From: Burkholderiales bacterium
Lineage (GTDB): Bacteria > Pseudomonadota > Gammaproteobacteria > Burkholderiales > SG8-39
Length of the DNA: 64,000 bases
Reading direction: 5' to 3'
Assembly: GCA_035649175.1 (NCBI GenBank)
Contig: DASRKB010000033.1
Location: 17,605 to 81,604, forward strand
Shown: positions 30,415 through 38,553 of the stretch, in pieces
Layout of the letters: every line of letters begins with the position of its first letter
Numbering within the stretch: position 1 is the first letter of the stretch
Made by a program: the position numbers and the translations under genes
Notes under the pieces: generated by a model
What the model saw: the letters and a program-made list of their open reading frames with translations, nothing else
Database searches by the model: none
What the model was told of the DNA's origin: nothing

Positions 30415-30818
30415 GCATGCAGATTCTGCAACCGCCTGGCTGGGCGCGACCCAAGGGCTTCTCCAACGGCATCGTCGCCGACGGCAGGCTCGTCTTCATT
30501 GCCGGTCAGGTCGGTTGGACCGGCGAGGGCAGCTGGCAGGCGCGGGATTTCGCCGGCCAGTTCCGCCAGGCGCTGAAGAACATTCTCGCGGTCCTCCGCG
30601 AGGCGAAGGGCGCACCCGAGCACCTTGTGCGCCTAACCTGGTACGTGCTCGACAGGCAGGAGTACCTCGATTCCCTCAAAGCCGTCGGCGACGCGTACCG
30701 CGAGCTCATGGGGCGGCACTACCCGACGATGGCGGTCGTCCAGGTGTCGGCGCTGGTCGAGCCCGAGGCGCGCCTCGAGATCGAGGCCACGGCGGTCGTA
30801 CCGGAGGAACGAGCATGA
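30411..30818 (+). CDS. RidA/YjgF-family protein (135 aa)
   Basis: This is the tail of track ORF 30192..30818(+). ...GRLVFIAGQVGW...VRLTWYVLD...PTMAVVQVSALVEPEARLEIEATAV is the RidA fold pattern. ATG 30411 overlaps the ligase TGA (ATGA); ATG 30417 is the alternative. Confidence 0.85.
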   Translation: MSMQILQPPGWARPKGFSNGIVADGRLVFIAGQVGWTGEGSWQARDFAGQFRQALKNILAVLREAKGAPEHLVRLTWYVLDRQEYLDSLKAVGDAYRELMGRHYPTMAVVQVSALVEPEARLEIEATAVVPEERA

Positions 30819-33172
30819 AGGTGAGCGTGATCGGCGGAGGTCCGGGGGGGCTTTACTTTGCGCTGCTGGCCAAGAAGGCCTGGCCCCGCTGGGACATCAC
30901 GGTGCTCGAGAGGAACCGGCCCGACGACACCTTCGGCTTTGGCGTGGTGTTTTCGGACCAGACGCTCGACACCTTCAAGGCGTACGACACCGTCACCTAC
31001 GAGCGCATCCGTCGGCGCTTCGCCTATTGGGGCGACGTGGACGTCGTGTACAAGGGCCAGGTGCTGCGCTCGGGCGGCAACGGCTTCTGCGGCTGCTCGC
31101 GGGTGGCGCTGCTCAACATACTGCAGGACCGCGCGCGCGAGCTCGGCGTGCAGATGAGGTTCCAGCGCGAGGTGGAGGACCTCTCCGAGTTTCCCGACTC
31201 GGACCTGATCGTCGTGGCCGACGGCATCAACTCCAGGATCCGCGAGAAGCACAAGGAGCACTTCCAGCCGAGCGTCGATCTCCGGCCCAACAAATTCACC
31301 TGGCTCGGCTCGACCAAGCCGCTCGACGCCTTCAAGTACTTCTTCCGCGAGACGCCGCAGGGCATCATCCTCGCCCACTGCTACCAGTACGAGGCGGACC
31401 GCTCCACCTGGGTGATCGAGACCGACGAGTCGACCTGGCGCAACTTCGGCTTCGACCGGATGAGCGAGACCGAGATGTTGCCCGTGCTGGAAGGCGTCTT
31501 CGCCGAGGAGCTGGAGGGCCACCCGCTGATCGCCAACCGCTCGATCTGGCGCAACTTTCCCAACATCACCAACAAGACCTGGGTAAAGCTCGATGGAAAG
31601 ATGAGCGCCGTGCTCGTCGGCGATGCCAAGGCGACCGCGCACTTCTCGATCGGCTCGGGCACCAAGCTCGCGATGGAGGATGCGATTGCGCTGTACGAAA
31701 GCCTCAAGAAAGAGAGAGAGGTTAAGAAAGCATTGCGGCTGTACGACACGGCACGCCGAGAAGAGGTCGAGAAGACGCAGCACGCAGCAAACGTCTCGCT
31801 CGCGTGGTTCGAGCACATGAAGCGTTACTGGGGTATGGACCCGCAGCAGTTCGCCTTCGGCGTCATGTCGCGCTCCAAGCAGATCACCTGGGAGAACCTG
31901 GAGCTGCGCGACCCCGGCTTCATCAAGGAAGTGCATCGATGGTATGCGGCAAGGGTAAAACAGCAGGGATTTGACATCGATCTGGAGAATCCTCCAGTAC
32001 CGATGTTCACACCGTTTCGTCTGCGGGACATGGTGGTGGAGAACCGCGTGGTCGTCTCGCCGATGGACCAGTATTCCGCGGTCGACGGCGTGCCGGGCGA
32101 CTGGCACTTCGTGCACTTGGGAAGCCGCGCCATCGGCGGCGCCGGCCTGGTGTACGTGGAGATGACCTGTCCTTCGCCCGAGGCGCGCATCTCGCCGGGA
32201 GACACCGGCCTCTGGAACGAGGAGCAGCGCAACGCCTTCAGGCGCATCGTCCAGTTCTGCAAGGCTCACTCGAAGGCGAAGATGTGCATGCAGCTCGGGC
32301 ACTCCGGGCGCAAGGGCTCGACCCAGCTCGGCTGGGAGCGCATGGACCATCCGCTCGAGTCGGGCAACTGGCCGGTGGTGTCCGCCTCACCGATTCCCTA
32401 CTACGAAGGCATCTCGCCGGTACCCAGGGAAATTCAAGAAGATGAGATGAAGAAGATCGTCGACGACTTCGCTCGCTCGACGCGGTATGCAGACGAGGCC
32501 GGCTTCGACATGCTCGAGATCCACATGGCGCACGGCTACCTGCTCGCGAGCTTCATCTCGCCCCTCACGAACCGGCGCAACGACAAGTACGGCGGCGGCA
32601 TCGAGAACCGCATGCGCTTCCCGCTGGAAGTGTTCCGTGCCTGCCGCGCCCTGTGGCCGGAGAGCAAGCCCATGTCGGTGCGCATCTCGGCGACCGACTG
32701 GGCCCCGGGCGGACTCTCGGGCGAGGACCTGATGGCGGCGTGCCGGATGCTGAAGGAGGCGCGCTGCGACCTCATCGACTGCTCCACCGGCCAGACCGTG
32801 CCGCACCAGAAGCCGGTGTACGGCCGGATGTACCAGGCACCGTTCTCCGACTGGGTGAGGAACGAAGTCGGAATCGCGACCATGACCGTCGGTGCAGTGA
32901 CGAGCGCGGACCAGGTGAACACTTTGCTCGCGTCAGGCAAGGCCGACCTCGTCGCGCTCGCCCGCCCGCATCTCGCCAACCCGTACTTCACCCTGCAGGC
33001 GTCCGCCTGGTACCAGCACACGGACCAGTTCTGGCCGCCGCAGTACCTCTCCGGTCGCGACCAGGCGTTCCGCAACGCCGCGCGCGAGCGCACGGAGCTC
33101 GCGGATCTGCGGCTGCGTGCGCGGCCGGCGAGTCACGAAGTGCACGAGGCCGGCGTCAAGAAAGCCGCCTGA
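30815..33172 (+). CDS. fused FAD monooxygenase / old-yellow-enzyme-like reductase (2-aminobenzoyl-CoA monooxygenase/reductase or salicylyl-CoA 5-hydroxylase type, 785 aa)
   Basis: This is the last 785 aa of track ORF 30515..33172(+), from ATG 30815 (ATGA overlap). The N-terminal part has VSVIGGGPGGLYFALL and FSIGSGTKLAMEDAIAL. The C-terminal part has OYE motifs (...VVSPMDQYSA..., HMAHGYLLASFISPLTNRRNDKYGG, ...DLVALARPHLANPY). Confidence 0.9.
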   Translation: MKVSVIGGGPGGLYFALLAKKAWPRWDITVLERNRPDDTFGFGVVFSDQTLDTFKAYDTVTYERIRRRFAYWGDVDVVYKGQVLRSGGNGFCGCSRVALLNILQDRARELGVQMRFQREVEDLSEFPDSDLIVVADGINSRIREKHKEHFQPSVDLRPNKFTWLGSTKPLDAFKYFFRETPQGIILAHCYQYEADRSTWVIETDESTWRNFGFDRMSETEMLPVLEGVFAEELEGHPLIANRSIWRNFPNITNKTWVKLDGKMSAVLVGDAKATAHFSIGSGTKLAMEDAIALYESLKKEREVKKALRLYDTARREEVEKTQHAANVSLAWFEHMKRYWGMDPQQFAFGVMSRSKQITWENLELRDPGFIKEVHRWYAARVKQQGFDIDLENPPVPMFTPFRLRDMVVENRVVVSPMDQYSAVDGVPGDWHFVHLGSRAIGGAGLVYVEMTCPSPEARISPGDTGLWNEEQRNAFRRIVQFCKAHSKAKMCMQLGHSGRKGSTQLGWERMDHPLESGNWPVVSASPIPYYEGISPVPREIQEDEMKKIVDDFARSTRYADEAGFDMLEIHMAHGYLLASFISPLTNRRNDKYGGGIENRMRFPLEVFRACRALWPESKPMSVRISATDWAPGGLSGEDLMAACRMLKEARCDLIDCSTGQTVPHQKPVYGRMYQAPFSDWVRNEVGIATMTVGAVTSADQVNTLLASGKADLVALARPHLANPYFTLQASAWYQHTDQFWPPQYLSGRDQAFRNAARERTELADLRLRARPASHEVHEAGVKKAA

Positions 33173-33223
33173 GCGCCTTGGCAAGTACCGAAGGCGGGCC
33201 TGGTCTAGGGCTATCATTCGCTC

Positions 33224-33700
33224 ATGAAACCCTCCGTGCTTCTGCTCGCTCTCTCGCTCGCCGCGCTGCCCGCCGCCGCGTCGTATGATGCGAACGGCGT
33301 TCCGCTGGGCGCGCACGAGCGCCAGGTGAAGCAGCGCTACCCGAGCGCCTACTGCAAGGCGCTCGAATGGTCGAGCCTGGCCGCCGACCGGCGCTGCGAC
33401 GACTCGCGCGCCGACTTCGCCGGGGTCAGGGCGCGCATTACCTTCTACCTCAAGAACGACGCCGTGCAGGCGTTCGATGTGCGCTTCGACAGCAAGCAGT
33501 TGCAGCGCCTTATGCCGACCCTGCGCGAGAAGTACGGCAAACCGGACGTCGAGAGCGAGGATCCCGAGCGCCGCTTCTTCCGCGCGGAATGGAAGACCAA
33601 GACCGACCGTGCCGTGCTCGTCTCGGACCTCGAGAAGCATCGGGCCTCCCTGCTCGTCTCGCGCGGCAACTTCGAGGAAGAGATCTACCGGGTCCGCTGA
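33224..33700 (+). CDS. secreted hypothetical protein (158 aa)
   Basis: Track ORF 33224..33700(+). Clear signal peptide MKPSVLLLALSLAALPAAAS, coding-like G/C third positions and balanced composition. I recognise no family. Confidence 0.65.
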   Translation: MKPSVLLLALSLAALPAAASYDANGVPLGAHERQVKQRYPSAYCKALEWSSLAADRRCDDSRADFAGVRARITFYLKNDAVQAFDVRFDSKQLQRLMPTLREKYGKPDVESEDPERRFFRAEWKTKTDRAVLVSDLEKHRASLLVSRGNFEEEIYRVR

Positions 33701-35265
33701 TGCGCGTCTCGCCGCAGGGGGTCATGGCCCGCCTGACGGGCGTCGAGGAGATGGCGCTGCTCGACGTGCGCGAGCAGGGCGTGCATCACCGCGGGCATCC
33801 CTTCTTTGCCTGCTCGCTTCCGCTCTCGCGCCTCGAGATGATGGTCGAGGATCTTGTGCCGCGGCGCACTGCGCCGCTCGTGCTGCTCGACGGCGGCGAG
33901 GGCCTCGCCGAGAAAGCCGCTGCGCGGCTTACCGGTCTTGGCTACGCGGACGTGTCGGTACTGGAAGGCGGCTGCGAGGGCTGGAAGGCCGCTGGGGGCG
34001 AGCTTTTCACCGGCGTCAACGTGCCCTCGAAGGCTTTCGGCGAGTTCGTCGAACACCGCTACGAGACCCCGCGTATGCCTCCTCAGGAAGTCAAGCAGCT
34101 TCTGGGTGGGAAACGAAAGCTGGTGATCCTCGACTCGCGTCCGTTCGAGGAGTACCACCGCATGAATATCCCGGGCGGCATCGATGTGCCGGGCGCCGAG
34201 CTCGCCTGGCGCGTGCACGATCTCGCGCCGGACCCCAGCACGTTGGTCGTCGTCAACTGCGCCGGGCGCACCCGCTCGATCATCGGCTGCCAGTCGCTGC
34301 GCAATGCCGGCATTCCGAACGAGGTCGTGGCGCTCAAGGACGGCACGATGGGCTGGGAGCTCGCGGGGCTGGAGCTCGAGCGCGGCGCGACGCGCGTCGC
34401 GCCGCCGCCGTCGGAGGAGGGGCGCAGGCGCGCTCGCGCCGTGGCCGAGAATGTGGCGAGGCGGTTTCAGGTGAAGTTCGCGGATGGCAGGACCGTCGAG
34501 GGGTGGAAGGCGGATCGCTCCCGCACCCTGTATGTCCTCGACGTGAGAAGCCGCGACGAGTTTGAGGCGAAGCGCGTCGCCGGCTCGCGCCATGCGCCCG
34601 GCGGGCAGCTCGTGCAGGCGACCGACGAGTACATCGGCGTGCGCAACGCGCGGGTGGTCCTCGTGGATCCCGAGCGCGTGCGCTCGGTGATGACCGCCTC
34701 CTGGCTGAACCAGATGGGCTGGGAGGAGGTTTACGTGCTCGAGCCCGAGGGCGCGGACGGCTTCGCCGGCTGGCGCACGGAGAGCGGGCCGCGGCGGAGG
34801 CCGGTCCTGGGGTTCAAGTCCTGGAGAAAGATCGATGATGTGCAGGGCGCGACCGTGCTCGATTTCTCGACGAGCCTGAAGTTCCGCGCCCGCCACATTG
34901 CAGGGGCGTGGTGGGCGATTCGGTCCCGCCTTCCCGAGGCGAGAGAGAAGATCGGGACGGCACAGAAGATCGCGCTCACCTCGGAAGACGCCGCGCTGGC
35001 GGAGCTCGCGGCGCCTGAGGTCGCGGCGCTATGGCCGGAAGCGGACGTGAAGGTGCTCGCAGGCGGTAACGCCGCGTGGTTCGCCGCCGGGAAGGCCGTG
35101 GAAACCGGCGTTGAGCGCGCGACCACGACGCTCGACGACGTCGCATACAAGGCCTACGACCATGCCAGCGACTACGAACGGCACGCCCGCGAATACCTCT
35201 CCTGGGAGGTCGCGCTCGTCGATCAGATCAAGCGCGACCCCACCATCCGCTTCCGCGCGTACTAG
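33700..35265 (+). CDS. multi-domain rhodanese-like sulfurtransferase (521 aa)
   Basis: This is the last 521 aa of track ORF 33367..35265(+), from ATG 33700 (TGATG overlap with the upstream gene). It has repeated rhodanese-like modules (LLDVRE..., ILDSRPFEEY..., VLDVRSRDEF..., VLDFSTSLKF...). One carries an active-site loop, NCAGRTRS. Confidence 0.8.
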   Translation: MRVSPQGVMARLTGVEEMALLDVREQGVHHRGHPFFACSLPLSRLEMMVEDLVPRRTAPLVLLDGGEGLAEKAAARLTGLGYADVSVLEGGCEGWKAAGGELFTGVNVPSKAFGEFVEHRYETPRMPPQEVKQLLGGKRKLVILDSRPFEEYHRMNIPGGIDVPGAELAWRVHDLAPDPSTLVVVNCAGRTRSIIGCQSLRNAGIPNEVVALKDGTMGWELAGLELERGATRVAPPPSEEGRRRARAVAENVARRFQVKFADGRTVEGWKADRSRTLYVLDVRSRDEFEAKRVAGSRHAPGGQLVQATDEYIGVRNARVVLVDPERVRSVMTASWLNQMGWEEVYVLEPEGADGFAGWRTESGPRRRPVLGFKSWRKIDDVQGATVLDFSTSLKFRARHIAGAWWAIRSRLPEAREKIGTAQKIALTSEDAALAELAAPEVAALWPEADVKVLAGGNAAWFAAGKAVETGVERATTTLDDVAYKAYDHASDYERHAREYLSWEVALVDQIKRDPTIRFRAY

Positions 35266-35269
35266 AGCA

Positions 35270-35285
35270 CCCGCCTCAAGGCGGG
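35270..35285. terminator. short GC hairpin between convergent genes (CCCGCC-tcaa-GGCGGG)
   Basis: A 6-bp perfect stem with a tetraloop lies in the 23-bp gap between the rhodanese stop (35265) and the ACT-gene stop (35289). There is no U-tract on either strand, so terminator function is only a guess. Confidence 0.3.
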
Positions 35286-35288
35286 GGC

Positions 35289-35714
35289 TCAGGCCTTCAG
35301 CTTCTTCAGCGCGGCGATCGCCCTCGCCTGGTCCTCGGCGCTGTCGAGCGCGATGTAGCTGATGAACTTCCTGCCTATCGCCACGCCGGACATTCCGCGG
35401 AAGCTGATCCCGGCCTGGGCCAGGGCGCGCGCGATCTTCGCGCCGAGCCCGGGCTTGTCGCCGCCTTCGATGCGCACGGAATGGATGTGGGCGGGCTTGG
35501 CCATGCCCGCCTCCTGCGCGGCCTTCATGGCCTTCGCGCCCTTGATCGGCGTGACGAACATCACGCCCTGCCCGGGGGTCTCGGTGCGCCGGGCGAGCAC
35601 CATCTCGAGGTTGGCGCCGGCCCCGGCGAGCGCCTCGAGCTTGGCCGCCGCACCGCCGGGGCGGTCCTCCAGCGTTACGACCCACACCTCGGCCTTCGTC
35701 GCTTTGATTGCCAC
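35289..35714 (-). CDS. ACT-domain-containing protein (141 aa, GTG start)
   Basis: Track ORF 35289..35714(-). It has a two-ACT-like layout (VWVVTLEDRPGGAAAKLEALAGAGANLE... and VRIEGGDKPGLGAKIARALAQAGISFRG). GAGGAGGA lies 5 nt upstream of the GTG. Confidence 0.7.
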   Translation of the reverse strand: MAIKATKAEVWVVTLEDRPGGAAAKLEALAGAGANLEMVLARRTETPGQGVMFVTPIKGAKAMKAAQEAGMAKPAHIHSVRIEGGDKPGLGAKIARALAQAGISFRGMSGVAIGRKFISYIALDSAEDQARAIAALKKLKA

Positions 35715-35758
35715 GGTTTCCTCCTCTGGTTGGGGAGGGCTACTGTACTCCGGCCCCG

Positions 35759-36448
35759 CTAGCGCGGGTAGGAGCCGCCGCTCACGTCGATCGTCGCCCC
35801 GCTCATGTACTCGGGGCTGGCGCTGCCCAGCCAGAAGATGGCCTGCGCGACCTCCTCGGGCCGGCAGGGGCGGCCCGAATGCACCGCGCGCATGACGGCA
35901 TCCTTGCGCGATTGCGGCAACTGCTCGTACATGTCGGTAGTCGTCGGTCCGGGCGCCACCGCGTTCACCAGCACGCCGTCTCCGCCTAGGTACCCGGCGT
36001 AGCTCTTGGTGACGTTGAGGAGCGCCGCCTTGGAGGCGCCGTACCAGAGGTCGGGGTGGCCGGTAAAGGCGGCCACGGAGCCTACGTTGACGATGCGACC
36101 GGCGCGACGCCGGCGCATCTGCGGTGCCACCGCCTCGATGAGCGCGACCGGCGCGAGCAGGTTGACCGTGAGGATCTCAAGCGCGTCGGCGTCGGGGAAG
36201 GCGTCGTGCGGATGGCAGTAGAGCGTGCCCGCGTTGTTCACCAGGACGTCAATGCTGCCCAGTCCGGAGATCAAGCCTGGGATGCCATTGAGATTATTGA
36301 GATCGAACTCGATCTGCGCCTCCTGCGGCAGATCGCACTTTGAGAAGTTCTTGTCCAGGCCGAGGACCCGATAGCTGGCGCGCAAGAATAGATGCGCCGC
36401 GGCAAGGCCGATGCCGCGCCCGGCGCCGGTGACGAGCGCGGTCTTCAA
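35759..36448 (-). CDS. short-chain dehydrogenase/reductase (SDR, 229 aa, TTG start)
   Basis: Track ORF 35759..36553(-). The cofactor motif TALVTGAGRGIG must sit near the N-terminus. I therefore take TTG 36448..36446 (LKTALVTG...), which overlaps the upstream TGA (TTGA). NNAG and the catalytic YGASKAA are present. Confidence 0.8.
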   Translation of the reverse strand: MKTALVTGAGRGIGLAAAHLFLRASYRVLGLDKNFSKCDLPQEAQIEFDLNNLNGIPGLISGLGSIDVLVNNAGTLYCHPHDAFPDADALEILTVNLLAPVALIEAVAPQMRRRRAGRIVNVGSVAAFTGHPDLWYGASKAALLNVTKSYAGYLGGDGVLVNAVAPGPTTTDMYEQLPQSRKDAVMRAVHSGRPCRPEEVAQAIFWLGSASPEYMSGATIDVSGGSYPR

Positions 36449-37371
36449 GCCGCGAGGCCGGGCATGGTGAAGCCGCTCCCTTTCAGCTCGCTGATAAGCT
36501 GCTCTTCCTGGGAAGTCGTCAGCTCGACGAGCGGAGGCCGGCAGATCCTCCACAGCGGATCGTTGCCGAAATGGGCCACGGCCGCCTTGAGCGCGGCGAT
36601 CATGGGCTGCTTCTGCACGATCTTGCGCGTCGCGGTGATGCCGGCTTGCAGCCGGTCGGCATCCGCGGAACGCCAGTTGCGGAACACCCTGTCAATCGGC
36701 CCGGGGTTGATGTTGCCCGTGGCGGTGATGCAGCCTTTGCCGCCGTTGCGCATGTTGTCGAGGAGAAACACCTCGCTCCCCGCGAACACGTCGAAGCCCT
36801 CCTTGGCGAAGGTGTCCAGCATCGCCTTGGTGTTCGACCAGTCGCCCGAGGAGTCCTTCACGCCCGCCACGATTCCCGGATACTTGCTCAAGAGCCTTTC
36901 GATCAGCTGCAGCGAGATGGGGACCTGCGACACCGGCGGGATGTGGTAGAGGTAAACCTGCAGCCGCTCGTCGCCGACGCGCTCGATCACCTCGGCAAAG
37001 TTGCGGTACAGGCCCTCGTCCGGCACCCCCTTGTAGTAGAAGGGCGGAAGCATCAGCACGCCCGCGCAGCCGATTTCGACCGCGGCGCGCGTCATCTCGA
37101 TCGAGTCGCTGAGCGCGCAGTGCCCGGTGCCGGGCATCAGCGCCGACGGTGGGACCCCGCCCGTCACCAGACTTTCCAGCAGGTTTCTCTTTTCGGCTAC
37201 GGAAAGCGAGTTCGCTTCGCTGTTGGTGCCGAACACGGCGAGCCCCGAGCAGCCGCTCTTCAGCAGCCAGCGGCAGTGGCGCACGAAGCGCTCGGCGTCG
37301 GGGGCATAGTCCTTGCGAAACGGCGTAATGACCGGGGCGAGCACCCCGGCGATGCGTTCTTTCTTCGGCAT
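36445..37371 (-). CDS. dihydrodipicolinate synthase (DapA/NAL) family lyase (308 aa)
   Basis: Track ORF 36445..37416(-), trimmed to ATG 37371..37369 (MPKKERIAGVLAPVITPF...). Family motifs VFGTNSEANSLS, ...YLYHIP... and the Schiff-base-lysine context GVKDSSGD. Confidence 0.85.
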   Translation of the reverse strand: MPKKERIAGVLAPVITPFRKDYAPDAERFVRHCRWLLKSGCSGLAVFGTNSEANSLSVAEKRNLLESLVTGGVPPSALMPGTGHCALSDSIEMTRAAVEIGCAGVLMLPPFYYKGVPDEGLYRNFAEVIERVGDERLQVYLYHIPPVSQVPISLQLIERLLSKYPGIVAGVKDSSGDWSNTKAMLDTFAKEGFDVFAGSEVFLLDNMRNGGKGCITATGNINPGPIDRVFRNWRSADADRLQAGITATRKIVQKQPMIAALKAAVAHFGNDPLWRICRPPLVELTTSQEEQLISELKGSGFTMPGLAA

Positions 37372-37401
37372 GGGAACCTGCTGTAGAGTCGAGCCGCGAT
37401 T

Positions 37402-38553
37402 ATGGCCGACCTCCAACGCGCCGTGAACATCGAGGACCTTCGACAGCTCGCGCGCAAGCGCCTGCCGCGGGCGATCTTCGACTTCTTCGACGGCGGCGCG
37501 GAGGACGAGGTGACGCTGCGCGCGAACCGCGCGGCCTTCGAGCGCGTGCGGCTGCTGCCCCGGGTGCTGGTGAACGTCGCGGAGGTCGATACGCGGGTCT
37601 TGCTGTTCGGCAAGGAAGCGAGCCTTCCCCTCGCGATCGGGCCGACCGGCGGCATCGGCGCGGGCAGGCCGGGGGCGGACCTGATGCTCGCGCGCGCCGC
37701 GAAGGCGCAGGGTATCCCCTTCACGCTAGCCACACCCGCCACCGCCTCGATCGAGCGGGTCGCCGCCGAGGTCGGCGGGCGCCTGTGGTTCCAGCTCTAC
37801 GTGGTGCGCGACCGCATGTTCCGCGAGAAGCTGGTCAAGCGGGCGAGCGACGCGGGCTACGAGGCGCTGCTCGTCACGGTCGACCTCCCGGTGTCGGGTA
37901 AGCGCGAGCGGGACCCGAAGAACGGCTTCGTCACCCCTTACCGCCCGAACTGGCGAAACTCGCACGACGTTCTCGGCAAGCCCGGATGGCTGCTCGACAT
38001 CCTCCGGCACGGTCTGCCGGGGATGGAGAACTTCGAGGGCTACAAGTTCTCCAGCACCAAGGTGACCGACATCGCGACCGCGGTCGGCCGGGAGATGGAT
38101 GCGGGGTTCGATTGGGAGGAACTCAAGCGGCTGCGCGAGCTGTGGCGGGGGAAGCTCCTGCTTAAGGGCGTCGAGCGCGCCGATGACGCGCAGCGCGCCG
38201 CGGCGATGGGCTGCGACGGCGTGGTGGTGTCGAACCATGGCGGGCGGCAGCTCGACGGCGCGGCGCCCACGATGGATGCGTTGCCGGAGATCGCCAAGGC
38301 CGCGAACGACAATTTTTCCATCCTCCTGGACGGCGGCGTGCGGCGCGGCGTGGACATCGTCAAGGCGCGCGCTCTCGGCGCACAGGCTGTGCTTACCGGT
38401 CGCGCGACGCTTTTCGGCGTAATGGCGGGCGGCGAGCCGGGCGCGCGGCGGGCGCTCGAGATCCTCTCGAACGAGCTGGAGCGCGCGATGAAGCTCTGCG
38501 GGGTGCGCTCGATCGGCGAGATCGGCCCGGGCCTCCTCTGGCGAAGTCCCTGA
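37402..38553 (+). CDS. FMN-dependent alpha-hydroxy-acid dehydrogenase/oxidase (L-lactate/glycolate/mandelate dehydrogenase family, 383 aa)
   Basis: Track ORF 37402..38553(+). ...IFDFFDGGAEDEVTLRAN..., LWFQLY, LLVTVDLPVSGKRERD, VVVSNHGGRQLD and DGGVRRGVDIVKARALGA are the family signature blocks. Confidence 0.9.
   Translation: MADLQRAVNIEDLRQLARKRLPRAIFDFFDGGAEDEVTLRANRAAFERVRLLPRVLVNVAEVDTRVLLFGKEASLPLAIGPTGGIGAGRPGADLMLARAAKAQGIPFTLATPATASIERVAAEVGGRLWFQLYVVRDRMFREKLVKRASDAGYEALLVTVDLPVSGKRERDPKNGFVTPYRPNWRNSHDVLGKPGWLLDILRHGLPGMENFEGYKFSSTKVTDIATAVGREMDAGFDWEELKRLRELWRGKLLLKGVERADDAQRAAAMGCDGVVVSNHGGRQLDGAAPTMDALPEIAKAANDNFSILLDGGVRRGVDIVKARALGAQAVLTGRATLFGVMAGGEPGARRALEILSNELERAMKLCGVRSIGEIGPGLLWRSP

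Noticed and set aside
33190-33201. An identical 12-mer GAAGGCGGGCCT downstream of two plus-strand genes (33190..33201 and 61859..61870), hinting at a REP-like repeated element.
   Set aside because: There are only two copies. The flanks are unrelated, and only the second is part of a convincing hairpin plus U-tract. A 12-mer match in GC-biased sequence of this length is not clearly beyond chance.
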